The position numbers were made by a program, and so were the translations under genes. From NCBI GenBank assembly GCA_951406725.2, contig OX597823.1, positions 1,364,001 to 1,428,000 of the forward strand: a stretch of DNA of 64,000 nt, read 5' to 3'. Below, in pieces: positions 39,220 to 49,884 of the stretch. The notes under the pieces are model-generated. The model made no database searches, was not told where the DNA came from, and saw only the letters and a list, made by a program, of their open reading frames with translations. This stretch comes from Octopus vulgaris (taxonomy: Eukaryota). The first letter of the stretch is position 1, and each line of letters opens with the position of its first letter.

Positions 39220-39650
39220 TTCGGCAAAAGGTCATAAAAAATTGTGAGGGCAGCTCAAGCGATTCTATCGATTCCAGTATTTCATTGGAATCTCTTTTTG
39301 TTTTAAACAGTAAAGCGAGTCGCCACATCAAAGTGGCAGATGAATGCAACTACTGGTTTAATCCCGAGCGGATTCCGCACCAGATGGTTTTCGGCGCAAG
39401 CTCTGCACCCTTTATATACAACATGTCGCTAGCAGTGGGGAGCAAACCCCTACCGTCCCCCAACAGCTGACGGGACCGCGGGACCGGCCAGTTTCGAGGA
39501 ATTTGACTCGCGTCACCCGCGCGCAATCAAGAAAGGATGGAAAATAAAATTAACATCGGCTGGATTTATAACTCAGAAGGAAAAGTCACTGGAACAAACA
39601 CTGCACGGCATTTTGTTCGACGCACAAAATATTCTTTGTTGGTCGCCTTT
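39220..39650 (-). mobile_element. Degenerate family 1 SINE interrupted by a GC-rich insert of about 230 bp
   Basis: SINE blocks at 39220-39300 and 39530-39650 (gaaaggatggaaaataaa...actcagaa) flank unrelated sequence. Confidence 0.55.
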
Positions 39651-39693
39651 CATAATAGAGAGAAACAAAGTGCAAAAGCAGAGATGTATAAAT

Positions 39694-40050
39694 AGGTGCA
39701 GGCGTGAGTGTGTGGTTAGAGGCTTGCTTCCCAACCACATGGTTCCGGGTTCAGTCCCACTGCGTGACAACTTGAGCACGCGTCTTCTGCTATGGCTTCG
39801 GGCCGACCAAAGCATTGTGAGTGGATTTGGTAGATGGAAACTGAAAGAAGCCTGGAAGAAGCCTTAAAATCGCTTGACAACTGATGTTGAAGTGTTTACG
39901 CCCTCGTAACTTAGTGGTTCGGTAAAAGAGCCGATAGAATAAGTACTAGGCTTACAAAGTATAAGTCCTGGGGTCGATTTGTTCGACTAAAGGCGGTATC
40001 CAGCATGGCCACAGTCAAAATGACTGAAACAAGTAAAAGAATAAAAGAAT
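39694..40050 (+). mobile_element. Family 2 SINE
   Basis: Homologous to 6965-7387. Confidence 0.85.
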
Positions 40051-40059
40051 ATAAATATG

Positions 40060-40224
40060 ACACAGGAGTAGTAGGGGGTGTGGTAAGAAGACTACTTCCC
40101 AACCACATGGTTCCGGGTTCAGTCCCACTGCATGGAACATTGGACAAGTGTCTTCTGCTTTAGATTTGGGCCGACGAAAGCTTTGTGAGTGGATTTGATA
40201 GACAGAAACTGAAAAAAACCCGTC

Positions 40225-40296
<72 letters not shown>

Positions 40297-40445
40297 CGGT
40301 GTTGGTGTGTTTATTACCCCGTAACTTAGCGGTTTGGAATGAGACCGATAGAATAAGTACCAGGCTTAGGAAATAAGTACGGTTCACTCCACTGAAAATT
40401 CGTCAAGGCGGTGCCCCAGCATGGCCGCAGTCAATTAAAAGATAA
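40060..40445 (+). mobile_element. Family 2 SINE (tandem neighbour of the previous copy)
   Basis: Homologous to 6965-7387. Confidence 0.85.
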
Positions 40446-40644
40446 AGATAGAAAGTTCGACATAAAACTAGAGACTGAGAGCGTGGACACTCTCGGTTAA
40501 ATCAATATCAGTATTTGATTGGTTCTTTATTTTATCGATTTGGACTCAGAAACCAAAGTCTACAATAAAAATGTGGTATTTTTTTCCTTTTTTTATGCCG
40601 TAAATTTATTCTTTTAACAATAATGATAAGAACACTTGTTGCGA

Positions 40645-40790
40645 GTGCGCGCAGATTGGAGGTTAGTGTGCTCAGTTCGTAATCAACAAGTTGTGGTTTC
40701 AAATTCCGGACTGGGCAGCGTGCAGCGTCCTTGAGAAAGGCACTTCATTTCATCTTGCATCAGTCTATTCAGCTGTAAATGGGCACCATT
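40645..40790 (+). mobile_element. Degenerate CORE-like SINE head
   Basis: ggtttcaaattcc (B box), gtccttgagaaaggcactt and tcagctgtaaatggg. Confidence 0.6.
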
Positions 40791-40879
40791 TTTCTCTCAA
40801 TCTGTGCCATTTGGTCGAAGATATGGACGACATCGAAAATACCCTTTCCCTGCTCCTTTCTTGTTCCTTAGGACAACAG

Positions 40880-41400
40880 ACACAAAGTATCCCCAGTCAA
40901 CTTCATCACACCTGATGTCCCCACTAACCTTTCGTTGAACTCCCGAGGAGACAGCATTTCTCGTTTCTCTCACCTGATCTCCACCCTCCACTTGTACTTG
41001 GAGAAATGAATGAGAGCTTGACCAGACTACAAAAGAAGCAGCGATCAAAGCATTCAAACGAGTCCACCACAACTTCTTTTAGTTCTCAGCCAAACTAAGA
41101 CTGATCGCCCGACCCTTTGCAGGAAGGGGACACATTCATCTTCACTTTTCATATAACCTACAACCGGATTCGTTTAACGTGCGAACGCAACTCCCAATAC
41201 AAGTTTCGTTTTGTTGAGTGCATCACGGAGAGATCCGGCTTTTGCCACTGACGTTCCAGTTCTTCCTGACTACGACCCTTGTGTAACATTGACGTCTTAA
41301 GGACTTTTCCTGATTGTTTATGGTGCCCAAGTTGGAAGTTCTCTAGAAGAGATTGCTTAGACTCGTCAACACATAAAGACAATCTTAGGTCACCATCGCC
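40880..41400 (-). pseudogene. L1/Tx1-like ORF2 C-terminal fragment
   Basis: Minus strand aaagaagttgtggtggactcgtttgaat (KEVV/WWTRLN across a frameshift), similar to KEVVWCTRLK at about 27340. Confidence 0.6.
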
Positions 41401-41504
41401 TTACAGCAGCAGCAATAAAAAGAAACATAATTTTAACCGGAAAAATAGGAGATATTCAATGAATGAAGGAATAAATAAATAAATAAATACTAACGGATTC
41501 AAAT

Positions 41505-41701
41505 TTTGGCACAAGGCCAGTAAGTTCGGGAGGGGGGGGGGTAAATCGATTTCATCAGCCCCAGCGCTCGACAAATACTTATCGACCCCGAAGGATGAAA
41601 GGCAAAGTTGACAGGGGCGGAATTTCATCTAAGAACGTAGAGGCGGACGAAATGCCGCAAACAATTTCAGGGTGTGCTAACGATTCTGCCAACTCGCTAC
41701 C

Positions 41702-41702
<1 letters not shown>
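41505..41702 (-). mobile_element. Family 1 SINE
   Basis: Homologous to 3490-3720. Confidence 0.85.
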
Positions 41703-41765
<63 letters not shown>

Positions 41766-41923
41766 CAACAACAACAGCAACAACAACAACAACAATTGCA
41801 GGGGGGTAGAGAGAAAGGAAGAAAGAAAAGAAACAGAGTGTAGAGTCGCAGAAATTATAAGTAAAAGTAAAAATTTACTGTGGACAAGGCTGCGTGGCGT
41901 TCGTTTATATATATATATAAGAG

Positions 41924-42000
<77 letters not shown>

Positions 42001-43666
42001 CACACATACATACATATACATACATATTCTTTTGCTAACGAAACCTCCTAAACAGTAAATGACGCATATATATTTATTTTCTAACGATTGTGGTGTGATC
42101 TGCACATCGTATCTGCATTCACATGGCGTTTTCTACATTTGATGTAGTCGTCAGTCTGCAGCAAGGGTCATAGTTTAGACAAACACTGTAGAAGATTAGT
42201 TAGAAAGATTCTGAGCGTACAGTGTTTGCTGACATTGTAACTGGCAGAAGAATTATTGAAATAGCTATCGGGAAGATAAATGTTGGTCGGAAGTTCTTTT
42301 GAACAAACAGGATGGTTCTAGAATCATACGATTCCCTCAGTAGAACATTCCCAGTGATGAAGAAACCGTAAAAGTCGAAAGAAAATTATCCTTGCATCTC
42401 AGCTTTGGAAGTTGCCTTCTGGGATAACAACGGGAGGAATGGAGAGAGATGGAGTAGTAGTCGGAGTTGGAAGAAGATGAGAGGGAGTAGGTGAGAGAGC
42501 GGGTGAAAGAGTGGAAGAAGTAGTGAAAGGGAGAGTGTGCGTGTAAATGGTGGATGGAGCTGTCAGAGGAGACGAAACAATAAAATGTTTAAAAATGGAT
42601 TTTTTTAAAGTGAGAAAGTTTTTTTATTGCATTTTTCTCTTTTAAAAATTCCCTCCCTCACCCTCTCTCTTTCCCTCCCCCTCCTCTGTTTCTCTCCTTC
42701 CTTCACCCTTTCTCCCTCACTTTCTCAATCTCTCTCTCTAGCCACTCTTTCTTCTTCCCTTCTTCCCCCCTCTCTTCCTCTCCTACTCCTTCCCAGTCTT
42801 TCTTTCCTCCTCTTTTCCTTTCTTTAAAATCTCAATCTTTCCTAAATTGCTCTCCTAAACAACTCTCCATACCGCAATCCTACTTTCACTTTCAACTCTC
42901 CAGATTTTCGCTTATTTCAATGATTCATTCTTTTTTTTTTAATTTCTCGACTTTCACTTCTCACTTTGGATTCCTTTCTTTCCTCGAGTATTCTTCACTT
43001 CTCCTCCTTCTAATCACCCTCTGTCTCTCTACCTGTCTCTCTCCTATTCATATTTTTTTCTATATTCTCAAATCTCAAATAAATAAATTTTATTCACACA
43101 CACCCATCCGTACCTTTGTATAAGTGCTTCCGACCCCATCCTTATTCTTAATCAAATACGATCTAATATCCTTTGGGATATTTATATTAAAACTGCGTAA
43201 TTCAACTCTAAATTAGAGAGTCGAAAGACTCATGAGTCCTTCTTTGATATAACTGGAAATATCTAATCTACGAGAAAGCATAGACTAATCATTTAGGTTC
43301 TTGTTTACGGATTATAGCTTATCCTATTTGTCAACAGAGCTTAACTAATATATTAACTTTCTCTTAGAGTGTGGTTATGGATGATTAGCTTTTTAATTAT
43401 TAAACCAATCTCATATTTTTGGAATTAATTCTCTTGTTGTCAAAAGTAATCTCTGTTCAGCTTCTAAGATCAACAGAATCGGAACCCAGCTCTGACTTTC
43501 GTATCGTTAATCCGGTTTGAAGTAACCTTTTATCTGGAAAATACTCTACATTATAAGAAATAGCATTCAGACAGAAGGAATTATATCTAACACGGCAAAT
43601 CATTTGGCAATGTCTTTATACCTTCTTATGGTACCTATACGCACAAAATATGGAGCCACTCGAGTT

Positions 43667-43677
43667 AACAAGAGACC
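43667..43677 (+). repeat. Left target-site duplication AACAAGAGACC
   Basis: Identical to 48022-48032. Confidence 0.9.
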
Positions 43678-44762
43678 TCAATAGTAAATTGTTTGGACAT
43701 ATCGGGGTTAGATAAGACTTCCTCCCAGTCGATCATTTTGATCGGGTGAGGCTTAGTTTTTTTGGATGAGCGAAGACTAAGCTTAACGGTAGCTGATACA
43801 ATTCTGTGGTCAGAGCCGACAGAACTAAAGGAAGAGTAGGATCTCGAGTCCTTAACACTATTGCGCCATTTCTTTCGAAAGATGAGGTAGTCAATTTGTG
43901 CCCTATCACCAAGTGGGGACTCAAATGTCCAAAGTTGACCTTTTGGTTTCATAAAAGAATTGTTGGAGGTGTAGAGATTAAATTCCTCCAAGAAGTCTTT
44001 GAGCATTTCTCCGTTCCGATTGGTTTTAGAGTTGAAAGTAAACTTGGTCTCATCGGGTCCTAGTCTAGCATTCAGATCACCAGCTATAACCAGAAAATTA
44101 TGGAGAGGTACTTGCTCAATGGTTGAACGAAGGGTTGTATAGAAATTTTCAATTTCGTCTGCCACAGACGAATTATGTGGGCTATATACACATACCAATG
44201 TTGTTTTTGGGTTTCCATCTATCTCAAGCACCATAATTCTAGGTGAAATTGACTCTATACTCAAGAGAGAATCACTGGCTTTTGATGAAAGTAGAAATCC
44301 AATACCTCCAACTGTTGAATTAACAGTATTCTTTGATGCTGAGGAGGTTACAAGTTGATAAGAACCGACTTGATGGTATTTGAGGATGTTGTCAGGGTGG
44401 TAAAATCGGTGTTCTTGGACCGCTATTATATCAATGCCATGTGATTCTGCATTTGCACCAAGTTCTTCTAGACGGCCAAGAGAGCCGAGGGTGCGGGCAT
44501 TGAGGGTGCTGAGTATCGTATGATTTTTACAGCTGATGAGGTGTTTGTTTGGTGTTGTTTGGTTGGGGGCTGACTCTTCTCCATCAGGTGATACCCGTCT
44601 GTTAAGATTGAGGGCATCACCGTCAATGGATGCCCTTGGAGGTGAAACATGATCAGAGACAGGACCCTGCAAAGCAGGGGCTGGACCTACATCCGCAGGT
44701 ATACCATTAGGTCTGGTTCCCTGGGGAAGAGGAACCCTGGTGCAGTTAATTGTAAATTCCAT
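43678..44762 (-). CDS. APE-type endonuclease half of the RTE ORF (uninterrupted)
   Basis: STLNARTL, IAVQEHR, VYSP, GDLNARLG, TNRNG, QIDY and SDH. The reading frame breaks off at KQFTIEV. Confidence 0.93.
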
Positions 44763-45429
44763 AGTCTTTTCAAATGGCTAATAATGTGTGCGCGCGCCAC
44801 TACTACACACATTGGAAAGCATTGTACAACCAAGTACTAAAGAAGATCTTTCCTCCTCCATGAAACAAAGCTGTTCCCGCTGGACGTCAACCCAGTACTT
44901 CTAAGCTACGGGCTGAGTGATTTATTGTAAGGTTATCTTCCTAGATAGATTGCCTTCACTACGGCTAAGGAGCCCTTTCTACCCCACTGACACAGGTTGT
45001 ACTGGTTTACAGTTTACCAGTAGTAGGATCCGATGCTGCATACAACAGACCTGACCTGACAAGATCGTTCAGAATTGGTTGAGCAATGGCATTAATGGGA
45101 AGGACAAGTGGGGGAGAGCCATTTAGTACTTCAATATTTGCGTCTGCGTATGTTTGTATAAGTATGAATAATGTGTTTATGTGCGAGAAGGCACATGCTT
45201 TTGTCTATCGTTAATTTAATTTAAATTTTTCTCACGTTTTTCCCTTTTAAAGTATTTCTTTTTAAAGTAATTTACACCCTGGAGGGAGGGCTGAGGGTTT
45301 GTTTTTACTGTAGATTCTCTTTTCTCCCAACAAAGAAAAAGAAAGGGATTTTTCATTGGTGTCACCGGTATAATTCAGACACGGGGAGAAACATCTCGAT
45401 GTCATTCAAACTTGTATGTTTCTAATTGT

Positions 45430-45461
<32 letters not shown>

Positions 45462-45957
45462 GTTCTGGCAGCAGCCGCAGCAATGCAGCAGCAACTACTG
45501 CTTTCGTAGGGTGAGAAGAAGAACGTTCGGTCAGAGAGAGTTCAAATGTCTGCTATATTGTTGATAGAACTTTCGAACATACGCTGACCTTGTTGATAGA
45601 ACTTTCGAACATACACTGACCTTGACTTGGAGACAAATCAAGGAGGGGCCGACTATGAACAGGACTTGTGAATAGAGTCGTGTACGAGCAGAGAGAAACT
45701 ATAAAGAGTATTTTTCTTTTTCCTTCTTATTCTCCACATGTTTTATTTCTGCGATTACAATAAAAGGTATGTTCGCATATTTCGGGTAGTCAAGAAGAAA
45801 ATAAAGGTTAGCAGGTGTTTACGTCCATAATTTTAGCGTGCATTTAATTGTGTTGTTACAATAAAGGCATTTTTACAAAATGTTCACACAAAAGATGGAA
45901 ATATTTATGTTTCTAAAATTTTGTCCCAAACTGTAGGTTTGTAAGTCTTTAACTTAT

Positions 45958-48009
45958 TTGAGGGAAATTCAATCTCTGTCTACTTCTGAAATAGATGCTG
46001 AGAACATTGAGGAAGTATACAGCAGCCTCATCAAATCAACAGAGGAGGTTGCACTGGCTACTCTTCCCAAAAGGAAGAGTAGGGGCCAGAGCAAACCTTC
46101 TAATTCCCCAAATGTCATCGAAGCCAGAAACCATCTAAAGTCTATATCACTAGCTTACCACCGTTCTCCATCCCAGTCACTGAAGATCCAACTCATAGCT
46201 GCCAGGAAGAATCTTGATGAGGCTTACTTGAACGCCGAGGTCGAATTTATCAATGGCAAAATTAGTAAACTATCGAAAGAGCACATTAGTAAAAAACACC
46301 ATCTCGCCTGGAAATCCATCAAAGACCTATCAGGCAAAAGTTCTGGGTCATCAATTAGAATTAAAGGGGGATCAGCTAAGAAGCGTTTAGAAAATTGGTC
46401 AACACATTTTAAAAACCTCCTTGGGAAGAATGCCAAAATCCCTGATAACCCCACTCTCCCAAGTGTGCCTATATCAGACACGCTGGACATCAACACCTCC
46501 CCTTTTACCATATTTGAACTAACAGCAGCCACCAAGCAACTAAAAGCCTCGAAAGCATTTGGTCCCGACAACATTCCGGCTGTGATTTGGAAGGATGATA
46601 GATTTCACACACTTTTGCTTAACCTCTGCAACCACACACTTTCCACCTTTGTCGCTCCAGAGATTTGGCACCAATCTCAAATCATTCCAATACCCAAAAA
46701 AGGCGATTTGTCCCTCGTCACCAACTACAGGGGCATATCTCTAATGTCAATTGCTGCAAAACTGTACAACAAACTGATCATAAATCGTCTTGTCCTTTTT
46801 GTTGAACCTTTGCTCCGAAAGAACCAAAATGGATTCAGACATGGGCGCTCAACGCTAAGCCAGATACTATGCCTGCGCAGACTTATTGAAGAATCAAAAG
46901 CATTTAATCGCGATCTTGCAATGGTATTTGTAGACTTTTCTAAAGCGTTCGATTCTTTAGATAGGTACAAGATGTTTGAAATCCTTAAGCTCTATGGGAT
47001 ACCAGACAAAATTATTTCTGCCATCAAGGTCCTCTACACAGATACGTCTTCAACCATCTTAACCCCTGATGGAGAAACATCATCTTTCTCGATCGAGGCC
47101 GGAATACTGCAGGGAGACACACTCGCCCCATTTCTTTTCATCATTGTTGTTGATTATGTACTACGTATGTCAGTTGATACCATCTCTGGCAAGGGCTTTG
47201 AAATAAAACCAAGAAGAAGTTCCAGACACCCAGCTGAGTACTTGACAGACACTGACTTTGCTGACGACATCGCTCTTATCAGTGATTCTCTCTCCAATGC
47301 CCAGTCTCTCTTACAATCTCTTGAACAAGCCTCAAATTGTGTAGGTCTTTACCTCAATGAGACCAAAACTGAATACATAAACAAGTGCCTGTCCAACAGT
47401 GATTGCATCATCCACACTCTCAACAGTGCACCTTTAAATATGGTTTCTGATTATAAATATCTTGGGTCATACATATCATCATCTGGAAAAGACTTTCTAA
47501 CTAGAAAGGGTATGGCCTGGTCAGCCTGTAATGACATGCATAAGATCTGGTCATCAAATCTAAGTAGAGACTTCAAACTTGAAATATTCAAATCCACAGT
47601 CGAACCAATCCTACTATATGACTCAGAAACCTGGACGTTATCAAAGAAGCTTGAGAGGCGGTTGGATGGAACCTACACTCGCCTCCTTATGAGAGCTCAA
47701 AATCTCTCGTGGAGGCGCCATCCAACTAAAATGCAAATATATGGGAAATTACCACCTGTGTCATCTCTTGTGAAAGGTAGGAGAGTCCAGTTTGCTGGAC
47801 ATTGTTGTAGAGCTGAAAAAGAAGTAATTTCTACTCTTCTCCTCTGGAAGCCATCTACTCGCAACACCAGAGGGCGCACACTCTCCTACCCTGATGTAAT
47901 CTCCAGGGATACAGGCATCCAGCAACAGGACCTCCGTAATGCTATGATGGACCGTGAAGTCTGGCGCAACATGGTAAATTCCATTGTCTCGACCACGGTC
48001 GAACAATGA
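45958..48009 (+). CDS. Reverse transcriptase half of the same RTE ORF (uninterrupted)
   Basis: KAFGPDNIP, NYRGISL, QNGFR, FVDFSKAFD, GILQGDTLAP, FADD, YLGS and FAGH. The annotated start is an artefact of the inversion junction. Confidence 0.95.
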   Translation: MREIQSLSTSEIDAENIEEVYSSLIKSTEEVALATLPKRKSRGQSKPSNSPNVIEARNHLKSISLAYHRSPSQSLKIQLIAARKNLDEAYLNAEVEFINGKISKLSKEHISKKHHLAWKSIKDLSGKSSGSSIRIKGGSAKKRLENWSTHFKNLLGKNAKIPDNPTLPSVPISDTLDINTSPFTIFELTAATKQLKASKAFGPDNIPAVIWKDDRFHTLLLNLCNHTLSTFVAPEIWHQSQIIPIPKKGDLSLVTNYRGISLMSIAAKLYNKLIINRLVLFVEPLLRKNQNGFRHGRSTLSQILCLRRLIEESKAFNRDLAMVFVDFSKAFDSLDRYKMFEILKLYGIPDKIISAIKVLYTDTSSTILTPDGETSSFSIEAGILQGDTLAPFLFIIVVDYVLRMSVDTISGKGFEIKPRRSSRHPAEYLTDTDFADDIALISDSLSNAQSLLQSLEQASNCVGLYLNETKTEYINKCLSNSDCIIHTLNSAPLNMVSDYKYLGSYISSSGKDFLTRKGMAWSACNDMHKIWSSNLSRDFKLEIFKSTVEPILLYDSETWTLSKKLERRLDGTYTRLLMRAQNLSWRRHPTKMQIYGKLPPVSSLVKGRRVQFAGHCCRAEKEVISTLLLWKPSTRNTRGRTLSYPDVISRDTGIQQQDLRNAMMDREVWRNMVNSIVSTTVEQ

Positions 48010-48021
48010 TGAATGATGATG

Positions 48022-48032
48022 AACAAGAGACC
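48022..48032 (+). repeat. Right target-site duplication AACAAGAGACC
   Basis: Immediately follows the LINE tail. Confidence 0.9.
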
Positions 48033-48839
48033 CTTGTGGTTGCTTGACCTACTATAAATAGTAGCCAAACCTCCTTCGGATGACACTCCACCATTTTAAA
48101 GATAGATACCTCAGATTATATAGTCCAAAATAAGATGAGCATGTCTGAATGGTTTTCTTTTACAGGTTTCCTATGGAACGGCTAACCTGAAACTAAGCAA
48201 CAACAACGCATGGCAGGATATGAACTGTTGTCCTGGCCATTCGCAATTCTCTCAAGAGCTGTATTTAAAATGTTCATAAATTTAAATGCACTTTAAATTC
48301 ATTTGTACTACAAAGTCAAAGCATTTGCTCCAGGTGTTGAAAACAGGTACAGCTGTCTACCTGTTTAATTACTAACTTGTTCTCGTCCCTTCGCCGTCGT
48401 CTTTGTCCCATTCATGTTATCAGAGATCCAAATACATTTCGCTCAATGCACGCATCCAGTGTCAGTTTAGTAAATGACTCACAACCACTGTGGATGCAAT
48501 CATTGTACACTCCAAACCGATTCTTGTAAATAATCCGTGATTTAAACTAGAGATTCTGTTCTTTTAATGTACACAGATCCACAGCCTGGATTAGATTATC
48601 TTTCATTGAATGTGTTCACACTGTAAAACTACAACAACAACAACAACAACCGAGATGACAACAGCAACAACGACCATAGGTTTATGGTTTGGTTCTATTT
48701 TTGCTTGACCGAAAATGAAAACCAGGAATAACAGAGCAGTAAACCACTGCCACAGCCATCGCCACCACAACCACGACCACTTAGTTTTCCAAATAGGATG
48801 CTGTAGTTTTAGGGAGTGAGAGAGGGGGGAGGGAGAGAA

Positions 48840-48889
<50 letters not shown>

Positions 48890-49807
48890 GTGTGTATCCA
48901 GCAGAAGAAAGAAATACTAAAAAGTTGGTTGTAGTAATGTTAGTAATGGTGGTGAAAAGGAGGGAAAGTGATGGTTTAACGGTGGTGACGAGGTGTGCGG
49001 TTTCAAGACTAACAAATGCAAAATGTTCTCGAGATTCTTTTATTGAGCTATTTTTTAGGAGTATTCTATTGAGCGTCATAAAATTAATAAAAATAATAAT
49101 AATAATAATAATACAGCGTGTTTGTACAACGGGAAGGTATTAAAGAGAGAACAGTATTAGACTGGTGTTAGCGATTGGACAATATAAGATCTATATTAAT
49201 GATTGGATAGTATGAAATCTCGGAGTCTATTTAAACAAAACATATATTTCATTACTTCTCCTCTGTGTCTGACTGTCTTTTCTCTTAACCTCTCCTCCTT
49301 TCGTATGATTTATTTATTCTTTCTTTTTCTCTCACGGCAGACATACGCACACGTATATACGTACACACACACATAAATACATAAGTGGCATGAAACATTG
49401 GGACTTGAAACGTTGGTACATAACAATATATGGTTTTTAAACCACATAGAATATACTCATAGTTGGCAATGTGGCTTGTATCGGGCCTTGTTCGGTATGT
49501 GGCATTGAATAGTCACAGCAATAGTGAAACATCGATGTCTGTCGCTCCGACAAGGACCTGATGCGAGTTGTTTCGCTTTCCTATGACTTTCTCTCAGATG
49601 TTTTTAGCATCAATACTCATTGAGATTTCCTAAATGGCATAATCTTTCATAGTTGCGCTTTTGAATGTATTAGTTTTTTTTCCATTTCCTCGCCTACTTT
49701 TATTTCTCTGTTGTCTTGGTGCTTTACGGTGATTTAATTAAGACTTTAACTCTTATTTCTAGCAGATTGATGCTTTTTTGCATCCTTAGGCTTTGTGCTG
49801 ATTTACA

Positions 49808-49880
<73 letters not shown>

Positions 49881-49884
<4 letters not shown>

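Larger units (their letters stand above)
43678..48021. mobile_element. RTE-clade LINE with an inverted 5' half (twin-priming structure)
   Basis: The APE half lies on the minus strand and the RT half on the plus strand, with a TGA/ATG-repeat tail at 48006-48021 and 11-bp TSDs. Confidence 0.92.

Noticed and set aside
43678-45960. Post-insertion genomic inversion as the cause of the split LINE
   Set aside because: The TSD lies at the inversion breakpoint in direct orientation rather than beside the LINE 5' UTR, which favours inversion during integration.
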